Source of the DNA: a virus
Virus record (IMG/VR): IMGVR_UViG_3300008108_000237
Span: 2,377 to 66,376 of that record
Reading direction: 5' to 3' (one strand)
DNA: 64,000 bases
Each line of letters opens with the position of its first letter. Within the stretch, counting starts at the first letter, position 1. A program made the position numbers and the translations under genes. Below the pieces are notes generated by a model, which saw only the letters and a program-made list of their open reading frames with translations, was not told the DNA's origin and ran no database searches. Positions 21,791 to 34,500 of this stretch are shown piece by piece.

Positions 21791-22738
21791 TTAAAAGTCA
21801 GAATCGAATGTTAATGCTTCATTTAATTTAGCCTTTTGATACTCCATAGTTCTTGATTCAAAAAAGTTTCCTTTAGTTTCAACAGCAATCTGTTCCATAA
21901 ACTTGAAAGGTTGTTCAACATTGAATTCTTTTTTACAACCAAATTTAACTAAAAGTTGGTCAGTAATAAATTCCAAATATTGTTTCATGAGGTTGGAGTT
22001 CATACCAATAAGTGAAACTGGTAATGATTCGGTAATAAATTCTTTTTCAATCTCCAAAGCTGATAATAGAATTTCTTTAATTCTTTTTTCAGATGGTTTG
22101 TTTTCCAAATGGTTGTTCACCAAATGAATTGCAAAGTCACAATGTAAGTTTTCATCTTTGAAAATTAAACTATTTGCATTGCACAGACCTTGCATAATAC
22201 CTCTCGACTTTAACCAAAAAATCGAACAGAATGACCCTGAGAAAAATATACCTTCAACTGCCGCAAAAGCAATAAGTCTCTCTTGGAAGGTAGAATTTTT
22301 AATCCAATCCAACGCCCATGCTGCTTTTTTCTGTACTGCAGGTAGATTATCCAAAGCGGTGAAACATAATTGTTTTTCTTTCTCATTAGAGATGTAAGTA
22401 TCAATTAACAATGAATACATCAAACTGTGAATGTTCTCCATCATAAGTTGAAATCCATAGAAAAACTTTGCCTCAGGATACTGAACTTCTTTTACAAAGT
22501 TTTCTGCAAGGTTTTCATTGACAATACCATCAGAAGCCGCAAAGAATGAAAGAATATTTTTGATAAAATATTGTTCGTTCTCGGTGAGGTTATTCCAATC
22601 TCTAATATCATTTGTTAAATCGACTTCTTCTGCGGTCCAAAACGCTGCTTGATGGGCTTTATAAAATTCCCAAATATCATTGTGTTCAATAGGAAATATT
22701 ACAAACCTATTAGGATTTTCTACTAAAATTTTTTCCAT
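21791..22738 (-). CDS. nrdB: Ribonucleotide reductase beta subunit
   Basis: 'FWTAEEVDL', 'FFAASDGIV', 'ENIHSLMY', 'EGIFFSGSF', 'DENLH' di-metal ligands. Confidence 0.96.
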   Translation of the reverse strand: MEKILVENPNRFVIFPIEHNDIWEFYKAHQAAFWTAEEVDLTNDIRDWNNLTENEQYFIKNILSFFAASDGIVNENLAENFVKEVQYPEAKFFYGFQLMMENIHSLMYSLLIDTYISNEKEKQLCFTALDNLPAVQKKAAWALDWIKNSTFQERLIAFAAVEGIFFSGSFCSIFWLKSRGIMQGLCNANSLIFKDENLHCDFAIHLVNNHLENKPSEKRIKEILLSALEIEKEFITESLPVSLIGMNSNLMKQYLEFITDQLLVKFGCKKEFNVEQPFKFMEQIAVETKGNFFESRTMEYQKAKLNEALTFDSDF

Positions 22739-22752
22739 AATTAAATTGTGTT

Positions 22753-24129
22753 TTATAATTGTTGTTGTTCTTTCTGTTTTCTTTTTTCCATCAACTCTTT
22801 GACTCTGTCTCTCTTCTTCTCTTCTTGTTGTTCTTCAAATCCTAAGAACGTAACTGAACTCTCAGTGTCGATTTCAAGTAGTTCATTATTGAATTTACAA
22901 TTCTCAAAGACAACTCCGTCTTTACCGAGACGAGACTTTGTAATCGCGATGGTCGCCAAGTTCATTTCTTTCTGTTGAAGAGTCTTAGCTACTGTGATAA
23001 TCACATGACCAACTTGAGCCTTTTTGATTGACCCACCCATTTGATCTGTGGTTACAACTTCAGATGAAATTGAACTTCTGTTTCCTTGAGTTGCGGTCCA
23101 TCCAACCAAATTAAGTTCATGACACATAGCCTCGAATCCTCTCATTACAGACCCTTCAGCTTTCCACTCATCTTTGGAAGAAGACTCAGGTAGTACACAA
23201 TCGATATAATCTAACATAATCATATCAATCTTAGTACCGTCAGCAATCAATTTTCTTACTTGACCTTTGATTTGATTCATTGTCATAGTATCAGATGCCA
23301 ACTTCTTCAATACAAGTTTGTTTTTCATCGTTTCTTGTATTTCAGTTATTTTTGACATAACATCTTCCTTATGTTGAGCCAATTCATCAGGTGCAATTCC
23401 TGTCCAAATTGTGAAATGTTTTCTTTGAACAATCTTCGGATTGTCTTCGAAAAATATTTGGAGAACATTGTACCCCAAATTGAATGCAGTATTTGCAATC
23501 TTAGTCAGAATAGTTGTCTTACCAACCCCTGTTGGAGCCAATATCACACCTATCTCCCCTTTAGCTAAACCACCCTTAAGTAACTTGTCAATACCTGAAA
23601 TTCCCATAGGAATTGGATGTCTATAATCTTCTTCCAACACTGTTTCCAAGTCTGAGAAAATGTCTGATTGACCTTTCTCTATTTCACCAACTTGTAAGGC
23701 TTCTCTAACCAACCCTTCTACTTTGTCATAAGATTCAAAATCACCTTGAGTGATTATTTTCTGAGCCTTGTCCATAGCCTTTTGAAGTTCCTGTTGTTTA
23801 CAGAATTTCAAGGCTTTTTCCTGAACAAACTGAGTTCCTTCGAATGGAGCATCTTTTACTTGTTTTAGAGTATCCAAAACAATTTTTGCAACCAACTCTT
23901 GGGAAACTTCGGATTTGATTATTTGTTCGAGAGTTTCAAAGTTAGGGGTGGATTCATACTTTTTGTAGTATTCCTTAATCATCTGTAAGATGATTTTGAA
24001 ATACTTGTTATCGAAATAATTAGATTCAATAACATCGAGAATAGATGATGAAAAATCTTTATCTACCACTATTTGATTCAGTAACTGAATCTGAAAAGTG
24101 TTCCCTAAGTAATCGAAATTTTTATTCAT
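22753..24129 (-). CDS. dnaB: DnaB/gp41-like replicative helicase
   Basis: '[16 protein letters not shown]', Walker A 'APTGVGKT', 'LDYID', 'TATQGNR'. Confidence 0.88.
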   Translation of the reverse strand: MNKNFDYLGNTFQIQLLNQIVVDKDFSSSILDVIESNYFDNKYFKIILQMIKEYYKKYESTPNFETLEQIIKSEVSQELVAKIVLDTLKQVKDAPFEGTQFVQEKALKFCKQQELQKAMDKAQKIITQGDFESYDKVEGLVREALQVGEIEKGQSDIFSDLETVLEEDYRHPIPMGISGIDKLLKGGLAKGEIGVILAPTGVGKTTILTKIANTAFNLGYNVLQIFFEDNPKIVQRKHFTIWTGIAPDELAQHKEDVMSKITEIQETMKNKLVLKKLASDTMTMNQIKGQVRKLIADGTKIDMIMLDYIDCVLPESSSKDEWKAEGSVMRGFEAMCHELNLVGWTATQGNRSSISSEVVTTDQMGGSIKKAQVGHVIITVAKTLQQKEMNLATIAITKSRLGKDGVVFENCKFNNELLEIDTESSVTFLGFEEQQEEKKRDRVKELMEKRKQKEQQQL

Positions 24130-24164
24130 AAATTGTTATATCTCCCCTGTGTATTATTAAATAC

Positions 24165-24617
24165 TCACTTACTTAAATCAAAATCCAAATATTGAAAACT
24201 TAATCTTTGTTCTGAAAAAATGTCAGTCAAATCTCTTAAAATATTTTTCAAAAATGGTCTTACGTCCACGGTATAACGAACTTTCGGTGGAAAATATTTT
24301 CCATCAAAAATTCTATGACAAATTGTCGTGTCTCCAACTTTTACATAAATGTTGAAGATTTCAGGCCCTTCAGTATATGAAGTATCCATAATCGATGGGT
24401 CATGCATGATTGACTCACTATTGTCAGTCATGTAAATTACAGTTTTCATTTTTAGGTGATACTGTAATTCGTCTTTAACCTCATTAATTAGGTTATAGAA
24501 TTCTATTGAGTTTTTTGCTTTTGGATTGTAACCCCTAACATTGAAGTATCTCTGAACGACAATATTGTCATTGAGGGTTAGGAGGAATTCCATTTTGGTG
24601 CTTTCTTGCTCTTTCAT
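24165..24617 (-). CDS. Hypothetical protein in replication operon
   Basis: 150-aa ORF co-oriented between the exonuclease and helicase genes. Confidence 0.7.
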   Translation of the reverse strand: MKEQESTKMEFLLTLNDNIVVQRYFNVRGYNPKAKNSIEFYNLINEVKDELQYHLKMKTVIYMTDNSESIMHDPSIMDTSYTEGPEIFNIYVKVGDTTICHRIFDGKYFPPKVRYTVDVRPFLKNILRDLTDIFSEQRLSFQYLDFDLSK

Positions 24618-24626
24618 AAAGTGTTT

Positions 24627-25628
24627 TTAATTTTTGTTTGTGTTTCTTTTTTCTTTTCTGGTAAGTTTCATAAATGGTCGGAGGAAATTTACCCACGCTT
24701 CATCGTTTTTGGGTAGATACTTGAAAAGGCCGTCCTCCATCATCATCCTCATCAAGTTTTTGTGACCACGGTCAGTTGGGTCGATTGTGTCTGTAATCAT
24801 TTGCTCTACAAGTACCTTACCCTCTTCAGTGATTAAAGGGTTGTGTAAATCGACTATTTTTTTGTTTGTTTCGAAGAATTGTTCTCCAAATGTACCATTT
24901 TTAGTTTTACCAATCAAAATATTCACCAATGCCTTTGGTTTTTTCTTTTGCTCAATATTTCGTGCATTATCTAATATTTCCTCGATAGTGCATGATTTTT
25001 CCAACATTTGAGGAAATAACTTAACCAAAGTTTTTTCTCCCAACATTTCAATACCATCTATGTTGTCGGACTTATCTCCAGTCAAAATTTTGGTTAATAA
25101 AACATTTTGGTGGGGTATGTTGACCTTGTTGATTGTAATCATGTCTCCATACCTATAATATTGTTTGGAGGTCGGAGAATAGATTGTAACTCGTTCTGAT
25201 ATGAGTTGTGTTAAATCCTTGTCAGCAGAAAATATTATTACATTCTCATTGACTGAAATTTTGGTATAATACGCAATAAGATCGTCAGCTTCATTGTTTG
25301 TCATTTCTACCTGACGAACAAATATTTCTTCGAGATATTGTTTAACTCTCGATTTCTGTTGCAGATATGACTCGTACTTAAACTCGTTCATATCTTGCCT
25401 ACGATTTGATTTGTATTGGGGATAAATTGATTTTCGTACCGAGGAATTGGAAGAACCATCCCAAAACACAACAACCTTGTCGTGATTGTGTTCTTCCAAA
25501 AACTTTCTTAAGATATTAATAAAGTGATAGATTCCACCTAAGTGGTCTCCATCACTATAAAAATCTTTTACTCCGTGAAATCCAATTTTGAACAGATTGT
25601 CTCCGTCAACTAATAACGTTTTAATCAC
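24627..25628 (-). CDS. 5'-3' exonuclease / flap endonuclease (T4 RNase H, PolI N-terminal-like)
   Basis: 'LLVDG', 'VVFWDG', 'YK.NR', 'EADD', 'SADKDL.QL', 'GDKSDNIDG...GEKT'. Confidence 0.92.
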   Translation of the reverse strand: MIKTLLVDGDNLFKIGFHGVKDFYSDGDHLGGIYHFINILRKFLEEHNHDKVVVFWDGSSNSSVRKSIYPQYKSNRRQDMNEFKYESYLQQKSRVKQYLEEIFVRQVEMTNNEADDLIAYYTKISVNENVIIFSADKDLTQLISERVTIYSPTSKQYYRYGDMITINKVNIPHQNVLLTKILTGDKSDNIDGIEMLGEKTLVKLFPQMLEKSCTIEEILDNARNIEQKKKPKALVNILIGKTKNGTFGEQFFETNKKIVDLHNPLITEEGKVLVEQMITDTIDPTDRGHKNLMRMMMEDGLFKYLPKNDEAWVNFLRPFMKLTRKEKRNTNKN

Positions 25629-25657
25629 AACTCGTGATTTAAGTGTGGAACAATAAA

Positions 25658-26659
25658 CTAATCTTCTTTTTCTTCTCTTAAGGTGAAGTCACCATCTGCA
25701 CCGATTATGTCTTTCCAATAATCAGCGTATTCTTTTTTATAAGCTTCAATGGATGTCTTTTCTTCTGAAGCTTCTTTACCCGCTAAGAATCCATGAGGTG
25801 TTACAATGATTTTACCATCCTCATATCCCAAACCATTGATGTGGTTTTTTAACACCGATACTTTCGTTCTTGTTGCAAATTTCACACTTCGTTTGTCTTT
25901 TGTTGCGGTAATTTTATTGGTTCCCGCACCTTTTTGATTTCCAAACAAAAATACTAATGATGAGTTCAACCATATTGCTTCACCACCCTTAGCTTTAATT
26001 TTTGGTTGACCGAATGGATTATCAGGTAATTCAACCCATGGTTGATTAACTATCACTAAAGTGTTTTCATACTTCGAATCAGCTTTACGAGAACCTGAAA
26101 TACGTTGATTTATTCCCATTCCGATTTTGTCTGCTAAAGTTGATGCATTGTGTTGTTTACCACCCTTTCCTTCAAAGGTCATTTTGCAAGGGACAGAACC
26201 AACTGAATCCCACAAAAACAACAAACTATAGTCTAACTCACCCTTTTCTTGAGCATCCAACAAACTATTGATGTAATCTGTAATCTGTTCAATGTAATCA
26301 AAATTATTATTGAAGATGTAAAACCCATCCCAATCCAACTCACCTGTTTCCTCATCTACAACTTCTTCGCATTGGAAACCCATAAGTTTGGCATGTTCGA
26401 AACTCCACTTTTGTTCTGTGATTATGAACACAGGAAGTATACCCTTCTTTTGAGCATCTACCGCAGTTTTTACCAAAGCTGTAGTTTTACCAGTATCTGA
26501 ATGACCTAAGAACATGTTAAGATGTCCAACTGCGGGGCCAGGAAGTCCAACTGCATCTAAAAAATCAGGTCCTAAATCAAAGAATCTTTGAGGTTTATAT
26601 TTTGCTGAAGTTGAAAATTTTTTCTTCAGAGTTTCGAAATCATTTTTTTTGATTGCCAT
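25658..26659 (-). CDS. recA: RecA/UvsX-like recombinase
   Basis: Walker A 'GHSDTGKT', 'WDSVG', 'VIVNQ', 'KGGEA', 'KNHI'. Confidence 0.85.
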   Translation of the reverse strand: MAIKKNDFETLKKKFSTSAKYKPQRFFDLGPDFLDAVGLPGPAVGHLNMFLGHSDTGKTTALVKTAVDAQKKGILPVFIITEQKWSFEHAKLMGFQCEEVVDEETGELDWDGFYIFNNNFDYIEQITDYINSLLDAQEKGELDYSLLFLWDSVGSVPCKMTFEGKGGKQHNASTLADKIGMGINQRISGSRKADSKYENTLVIVNQPWVELPDNPFGQPKIKAKGGEAIWLNSSLVFLFGNQKGAGTNKITATKDKRSVKFATRTKVSVLKNHINGLGYEDGKIIVTPHGFLAGKEASEEKTSIEAYKKEYADYWKDIIGADGDFTLREEKED

Positions 26660-26674
26660 AAAAGATTTGTATAA

Positions 26675-26701
26675 AACTCGGATACGAAACGTACCCGAGT
26701 T
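26675..26701 (-). terminator. Intrinsic terminator after SSB gene
   Basis: Minus strand AACTCGGGTACG-TTT-CGTATCCGAGTT (12-bp stem with one G-U) followed by Us. Confidence 0.7.
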
Positions 26702-26711
26702 GAGTTAATAA

Positions 26712-27563
26712 TTAGAAAGGTAAATCTCCATCAGGTTCGTCACCTGCTTGAGGATCTACGTAAGAAGATGATTTCTTACTTCCTCCTCCGATGAATGTTT
26801 CTTCAACAGAACTATCACCATAGACATATCCACCTTTGTCAGAGTCCCACTTAGGAGTTTCTCCTCTTGCGATTGCTTCAAGATATTCGACAGGTTTTTT
26901 GGAATATACATCCAACCATGTCAATTCATCTTCCATCCAAGCTTTTGCTTGTTGTGTATCTTCATGTACAGGACTTGGGTCATCGTACATAATAGTGGAA
27001 ACTGTAGTATATTCTTTACCTTTTGGAGTCTTTGCCTTGGCAAGTTCAATAATCAAATCTCTACCTTTTGTTGGGTCAGTGATGTCTCCTTTGTTTCTCC
27101 AAATCGGAATAATTTTGTCAAGAATACCATCGTTTTTGAAGTTATGTTTGAATCTCCAAAATTTTGGTCCATCCTCTTCGTGGTCTCTATCAATAACTTT
27201 TACAATGTAAAACTTACGAGACTTATATTGTTTTGCCAACTCTTTGTCAGATTCTTTACCAGTTGACATCAATTCTTCATAAACCTCATTTAGAGGTGAT
27301 CTTTCATTGTCATTTTTTCCTGGATCGTAGAATTTCTGCCATTGTCCTCCAACTTGGATTTCGTGATACCAAGCTTCCTTGAAAGGAGAAGACCCATCTG
27401 TTGTAGGGAGAATTCTCACTTTTCTTTGTCCTGATTTCTCTTTATCTCCTAAGATTAAAGCGAAATACTTTTTCATTCTTTCGTCTTGCGACATTTTCGA
27501 TTGGGCCCCGCCCCCTTGCTGATTTTTTTCGTACTGTGCCAATACGGCGTCTAATGAACTCAT
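26712..27563 (-). CDS. Single-stranded DNA-binding protein, gp32-like
   Basis: 'VRILP', 'DITDPTKGRDLII', acidic C-terminus 'DEPDGDLPF'. Next to UvsX. Confidence 0.8.
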   Translation of the reverse strand: MSSLDAVLAQYEKNQQGGGAQSKMSQDERMKKYFALILGDKEKSGQRKVRILPTTDGSSPFKEAWYHEIQVGGQWQKFYDPGKNDNERSPLNEVYEELMSTGKESDKELAKQYKSRKFYIVKVIDRDHEEDGPKFWRFKHNFKNDGILDKIIPIWRNKGDITDPTKGRDLIIELAKAKTPKGKEYTTVSTIMYDDPSPVHEDTQQAKAWMEDELTWLDVYSKKPVEYLEAIARGETPKWDSDKGGYVYGDSSVEETFIGGGSKKSSSYVDPQAGDEPDGDLPF

Positions 27564-27599
27564 AACCCTGAGGTTCCTTTCAAATTGGTTGGTTTAGAA

Positions 27600-28265
27600 T
27601 TATCTGAATGATGTCTTATATACATCTCTCTCTAAACCTCCGTTTGGTTGGAATGAGTTTTTGATATCATTAACATTAATATCAGTCACCTCGTCGGCAG
27701 TCAAAACATAATCATTTTTTCCTGTTAATTCCATTTCTTCTTGTTTGTCGTCAAAAAATTGTGAAAGTTTTTGACTGAAAGGATATGAATCATATGTTCT
27801 CAATTCCAATTTCTCTTGTGGAGTTTTTTCTCTGTACTGTTCGATTTTATTCTCAAGTGAATTAAGTTTGTTCATAATGTTGTCCATTTCTCCCAACTTA
27901 GATTGTAAATCATTAAGTTGATTGAAAAGGTTGTTGAAGTACTCTTCTTGTTTTGTCTCAATATTTTTTTGTGAATCAACTAAGTCTGTTATTTCTAATT
28001 CCTCAGTTCCTGATTCTGTTTCTTGCGATTCTCCCTCATCATCAATTTTTTCAACATCTGGATCGGAATCAACATCTATTGGTTGAGGTTCAGTTGTTGG
28101 TGCTGGTGGAGGTGTAGCATCAGATGGTGCTGGTGCAGGTGCCGCAGCAGGTTCAGGTGTTAAAGCCGCTAAAGCATCCTCTTCAGCTCCAGCTTGTTCC
28201 AAAATATATCGATTAATTTTGTTGTGTCTCTCGATTTCCCTGAGAATTTTTTTATCTAAACTCAT
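27600..28265 (-). CDS. Hypothetical acidic coiled-coil protein (possibly head-internal/scaffold-like)
   Basis: 221 aa with N-terminal '...RYILEQ', a Pro/Ala/acidic linker and a coiled coil. Confidence 0.6.
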   Translation of the reverse strand: MSLDKKILREIERHNKINRYILEQAGAEEDALAALTPEPAAAPAPAPSDATPPPAPTTEPQPIDVDSDPDVEKIDDEGESQETESGTEELEITDLVDSQKNIETKQEEYFNNLFNQLNDLQSKLGEMDNIMNKLNSLENKIEQYREKTPQEKLELRTYDSYPFSQKLSQFFDDKQEEMELTGKNDYVLTADEVTDINVNDIKNSFQPNGGLERDVYKTSFR

Positions 28266-28268
28266 TTT

Positions 28269-28493
28269 TTATCCGTTTAATAATGTTTTTATTCCGTTTG
28301 CAGTCTCAACTCTAACTCGTCTGTTGGCTGTGGTTTGATGACCAGCTCTTTCAATGAGACCATCTCTTTCTCGAACTGTATAACAATCACCTGTGTCCAA
28401 ATCACAAACTTGTTTTGTTCCATCTCCGTTGTCTTCCTGAGAAAATCTTACTGATTTACCAAGATAATTATCTAATGCTGATTTAATGTTCAT
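28269..28493 (-). CDS. Small hypothetical protein (74 aa)
   Basis: Start moved to ATG 28493 (MNIKSALDNYLG...), 14 nt downstream of TATTTAT. This avoids overlap with the upstream gene. Confidence 0.7.
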   Translation of the reverse strand: MNIKSALDNYLGKSVRFSQEDNGDGTKQVCDLDTGDCYTVRERDGLIERAGHQTTANRRVRVETANGIKTLLNG

Positions 28494-28524
28494 AAGAATC
28501 TTTTTATATAAATATGTTGTTATG

Positions 28525-31500
28525 CTATAAAGTGAATGAATTACTTGTAGCGGTAAACGTACCATTATTGTTTGCATTTACATAAACAACCGATAAAACA
28601 AGTCGTTGAGTAGAATTGACATCAATCACGTTAGTGTATTTTGTGTCCGAATTATTTGTTATGGTTATGTTTAATGGAGTAGTTTGGTTCGTTGAAGTGG
28701 CAACAAAAACTTTAGAAATTATACAACGTGGGCAATTGAATCTGAAAGTAACAAACCCACCATCAGGTTTTCTAATATTATAATACAGCGGACCTTGGTA
28801 AGGTGGTAATGCAACATCGTTACTTCTCTGAATAAATGATAATGAACCTTCGGGTTGTACACCCGTTTCAGAAGATGGAATTATAATTCTGAATCTTTCT
28901 GATTTATAACTATTTTTAGGATTCTTTATTTTATCCTCAGGTATTGCCGTCAGAAGAATTGAGGCGTTCATTTCTAATCTCTTTCCTTTTTCCATTTCGA
29001 TTAAGTCCTTGAACTCCGCATCAATGAATTGTTGTCTTGTGATAGAAAAAGTTTGACCGTCAGACGATACAAATCCTAAAAGTTGGGAAGATTGAGAACT
29101 TTCAATCGAGCTTCGAGTAACTGTATTATTTGAGCCCACTTCAATTGAATCAAAAGTATAAGTGTATTCGACTTGAGGGTTTATTTTCCATACCCCACCT
29201 ACATAATCATTCTGGTCAATTTTTACAGTTAAAATTTCAGTGCCGAGCTCATTATTAATTTTTTCAGAAACAAACATAGGTGGGTTAAGCATCGTATCTT
29301 GGAGGTTTGAACTTCCTCCAATTTTCTCTTGTTCTGAAATTGGTACAACCTCCGTTTTACCAACATTTTCGTTTCCACCTGCAGATGATACAGTAACATT
29401 TTTTAATGTCGGATTGAATGTAAAATCAACCAAACTTTCAAATGTCCCATATTCAGTTGTCACACTTATTCTTCCTGTAGCAACATCTTGCCCTTCAGGT
29501 ATTTCGATATTAGGTAAGTTGAATCTTAAAGTTTCAGAATTGAATACTGTAATATCTTTCAGTTCTACGTCTTTATTAATCACTCTGACAGATTTTACTG
29601 ATTCAAAGTTTCTTCCGTTGACTTGAACAATGGTTCCTGTATATCCAGCTGCAGGTGAGAATGTTGATACAACTGGTGGTGGGCAAGTCTGACCAACTTC
29701 AGGTGGAATCGGAGATGGTGTAGGTGTCACGGATGGTGAACTGGTTTCGGTGTCAGATTCTTTGTTTGTTTTGTCTAACTCAATTGATTTATTTTTACTT
29801 ATCAATCCAATTTGAGTTGCTGACGCTAAAGCTTTAGTGAATGTATCTCTAGTTTGTTTGAACTCAGAGTAATTTGTGTTGTAATATTCTTCGGAAATAT
29901 TATTTTTCGGCCAAAAACAAACATAGTATTTTGCTAATCCGAGTCTAATTATCCTCTCTTTATTACTTAACAATCTTCCACGCATGAAATTTATGTAAGA
30001 ATCTAAAGAGTCAAAATGAGCAATAGGTTCTGATGAAGTTGTTGATGGATTAGTTCTAATATTTACGCAAGTGTAATTTCTATTTTTTGAGAATTCACTA
30101 ACTGATTCCGACCAATCTATACTTAAAGATATATTTGCTAAATTATTGTTCACCGCATAAAAATTACCAAGCCCTGAGTTTGAGTCTTGTTGGTATGTTC
30201 TGATATAAGAAATACAATAAATGATAGTTTGTAAATCAACGTCATTTGGAAGAATCCTTCTTAACGCATTGGCAAAATCAGTTGGTGTGACCCCACTAAA
30301 TTGTGAAGTAACAGGAACATAACCAGGAGATGCGTTAAGGTAAACTTCACTTGTAATTTTGAGAGTACACGAGTTAGTTGTGTCCAAAGTGTTCTCAGCT
30401 TTTTGCACGACTTCTGTGGATTTTATATTATTAGTTGTACCTGATTTTGACGGTTCATCTTTGTTAATCAGGAGCAATTCTTCCAATTGAGTAATTAAAT
30501 TTTGGTTAATACTTTGTAGGAAACTATCAATAGCAGGTAAGTCATAAATTCCTTGTCTTACCCCATCGAATGTAGTTTGGAAAGTTCCTGGTTGAATTGA
30601 ATGACTTACGTCAGTAATCATGTAAGGACCATTGAACATCGGAACGTGTCTCAAATTAAAATACATTGTTGGTTGTAAAAGTGCATTACCCAAACTAACA
30701 ACAGATGCTTTGTAAGACCTTTGTTTATAAAGATTATATAAACTCACATTTTGGGTTGCAACTGCACGTCCTGAACTTTGGTCAACCATATTCAGAGTTG
30801 TATTAATTACTTCTGAAGTCGCAACTCCATTATCTTGTGAAACTGTGAAAGAATAAAATATATTTTGATTTCTCAGTCCAATGTCGACATTGAATCCAAC
30901 AACTTTGTTTGATAAAGCCCAATCTTTTTTCCCTTGAATATTTTCAATCAATGGGCTCTCCGAAGCTCTCCTTAGGTCAAATCCATCATCTCTGAATTTG
31001 AAATTTCCTTTAGGTAAATCCAAATATTGAGATGGTTTTCCAACATAGAAACATACCAATTTCGGTGAAGCATTTCTATAATCAACATCTAAAAATGTTC
31101 CCCAAAGATTATTTGCGAATTCTAACGAACCTTCAGGTTTCGGGGTTGTAACTCCAGTAACATCTTGAGCATTGTAAAAATTCACATAAGCTGGTAGTGG
31201 CATTACCGTGAAATTATTTTTGATTAATATTCCACTAATAAATGTAAAAACACTCATCGCTTGATTCAATGAGTTTTTATTGAACATATCTTGTAAATCG
31301 AAAATGTCTATCAAGATAGTTTCACCAATATTTCGTGAAGCCCTATCCAAAAATAAAAAGTCTTCAAATAATGTTTTTGTTTTGTAATCTCCTCCAGCAA
31401 TCCACTTATCATTCAACGCTTTGAAAACCTCATATATTTCAACTTTACCCTGTTCTCCAGTTGTGACACTATTAATTGTTCTTTCGGGTAATTGTTGTTG

Positions 31501-34500
31501 CTCGGGTAATCCAATCGGTGGAGGTTGTCTTAAACCTGTAAGAACTCCGTTCAAGAAGTTGTTTTGTAAATCTGTTTCTCGTCTCAAATAATTCTCGAGT
31601 TGATTTTGGAATTGTAGTGCCGACAAATTTGGATTGTTCAACTTTTGAGTTGCATACATTTTGATAATCGGAGCAAGTAATGTCACATTTTGGCTTGTAA
31701 ATTCTATATTATTATCAACAAAGAAATCTGTGATATACGAACCAAACTGACTATATCTAACATTACGAATGGTTGAAAACCCAACCTCAGTCTCTAAAGC
31801 AGTCCATGCAGTTGGATTTGCCGCTTGAGATTCAGCCAAAGTTACGTTTCCATTCAATGTTGGTAAAGTACCAGGTGCATAAGGTCTGAACGTGATAGGA
31901 TCTACAACTTGTAGAGTATTATTATATGACAAGTAAGAATCGAAAATTCTTCTTTGATAAAATGATGGATTTCCAAATTTAAAAATTACATCATATTCCA
32001 TAAAGGCTTTGATTCCACTTTGAAAAATTGTGTATTGATTACCAATTGTATTGAAAAAATACGAATCCTCAGTTTCTCCTTCTTGTTTTCTTGGAACCGT
32101 CATCAAACTTCTGAATAATGATTGGAAATTTTTGAAATTGGAATTCACATCTACAGGTGACTGTCCAATAGCATTTGTTTGTCTTGTGAAAACATTGCCA
32201 ATCGATTTACAGAAATTCAAAAATTCCAATTCAAAAGAATCCAATATTTTCTTTTCAAAAACTGAAAATACTTCTTCAATTTTTGTGTAGTTGTCTTGTG
32301 AAAGGAAGAACAAAGGAGTTTGTGTGTTTCCTGTATTGATAAAGTTGATGTAAGAATCTGGTTGGGGAAATGCAATTTGATTAGAATCAAAGTATCCATA
32401 GTTCGGTGCCGCCCATAAACATCGGACAGAACCATTGAATACACTTGGATTATCCGTCAAGTCAACTATAGTTTCGGGAATAGTTGTTTGACCTGTGACA
32501 CAAGCAATGCTTGCTTGGTTATAAGGTGTTCCAAATGAAGGTAAAACAAAATAATCAGCACCTACTGTATTATCTTCAGGCGCACACTCAATTGGAGCAC
32601 TCGGAGTAACATTAGGTAATAATAACGACCAAGTTGTGAATCTAAGATTTTTACCTTGTTGTTTTACATCAACTAAATTTGAAGAACTAAAGTTATGAAT
32701 TTTTAGTCCTCCATTGAAACTATCTTGAATTTCTTTATTGGTATAATCTACATACAAATCGTATCCATTATAAAATACGTTAAAATCATTAATTAACTTC
32801 GGATAAAATCCGAGTTCCATATTTATTGATGCAACCCCTTCACTCTGTAACTGCGTGCTTCTTGGAGCATCATCATATCTGAAATAGTATATTTGGGTTG
32901 TAGAACTTGTTGGAGGATAATAATTTCCAGCATAGTCAAAATTTTTCCATGCCGTTTGTAAAATATCTACACTCGTTTCCTTATACTTTTTATATCTGTG
33001 CCAAATCGATCCATACTTCAAAATCCATGCATAAGGAAGTTTATGTATTGCACCAAACTTTTTTAACGATGATGATATATAATCCAAATCAGTTGTTACT
33101 CCATTTGAATATGATTTGTATTTTTCTCTTAAAGTTGCGAGTGGTAAAGAATTCAAGAACAAATATGCCGCTTGGATATAAGGGTAGGTGTTTCCAGAGA
33201 TTCGAGAATTATATACACCGTTTTGTATTGCATTTATAAAGTATGGGGTGTTCAACATCGAAGTTGTACTTCGAAAATTTATCGCCCCTGTCGGAGTTAC
33301 TCCCTGAACATATCCTTCAGTTGGGGCGAACTCATTCGGTGTTCTTGATAAGTAAAAGGCATTCAATCCAACAGGTCCATATGTCACGTTTGATGACAAC
33401 CCTAACAAATCCAAATTTTGTGATGGATTTTGATTCAAAAGATATGAAAAGTTGGTTACAGGTCTGTTGAAAGTATAATTGTAAACATCATTGAAATTAG
33501 AAATTATCTTCCTTGGTTCAAAAATTGTTAATGACCTTTTTGTATCGTAAACTTGATTACCAACTGCAGAATTACTTTGACTCAGATTATCCAAACACCA
33601 AGTTTGGTTCGTATAAGGTAGGGTGTCGACAATTAACGGGTCATTTGCCGCGTTCGAAATTAACTTTCGTAAAGCTTCAGACTTAGCAGTAGTTTGGGGT
33701 ATTCTTCCCAATTCTAAAGTGTTCAAAATCGCAAAAGAATTTTCAGTTATTACTTTGATATACGGAGTAACAAAAAAATCTCTTATGTAATCTTGATATG
33801 CACGACCCGTTCCACTGTTAGAAATATTTCTGAGAAAATCGTTGTAGTTCGAAGAATTTAAATTGAAGTTTTTAAGTTTTAATGACAAGTATGGTGAACT
33901 GATTCCCAACTTGTTTTTTATGTTATTAACTTCGGTTTCAATGTTCAACTTAATTAGTTCATCTATTTGATTACTATTTGCTCTTACAAGCCCTGAGTAA
34001 TGTGAAGTTAGAAATTGTCTTTCCCATATTTCATAGAAAAATTTTATTTCCTCTTTGTTAGAATACGCTAAACCATTTGATGGAAACTCGATTGCATTTA
34101 TGTTGATTATATTCGTATCACTTTCATTATCTAAAGGGGGAGGTGCGGTCGGGTTTTGGAATTTTTGTGTCAACCCCCTCATATACTCTTCCACAAACTC
34201 AACTTCAGGCCATTTGTCATACAAATAACCTTGTGTCAAATCTACAACCGAAGGGTCTCCAATATATTTAAGTTGAAATCTACCTTTTTTATCTTCTGGT
34301 GTTTCAACAAAGAATTGAGGCCATGGATAGACTGGAATTTGTGAGTTCTCAGCATTCACATCTAACTCGTTTTCCCCAAACAAAGAAAGTGGGTCTCTTA
34401 CAACTTGTCCTACATTTTCAGTATTTGGTGCTGATGTAGTATTATCTAGAATTGCATTTTTCCTAACAGGATCATATTTTACGTCCCAAGCTGTGGTATG

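Noticed and set aside
28494-28577. Longer 102-aa start given in the ORF track
   Set aside because: It overlaps the upstream gene and spans the TATTTAT motif. ATG 28493 fits better.
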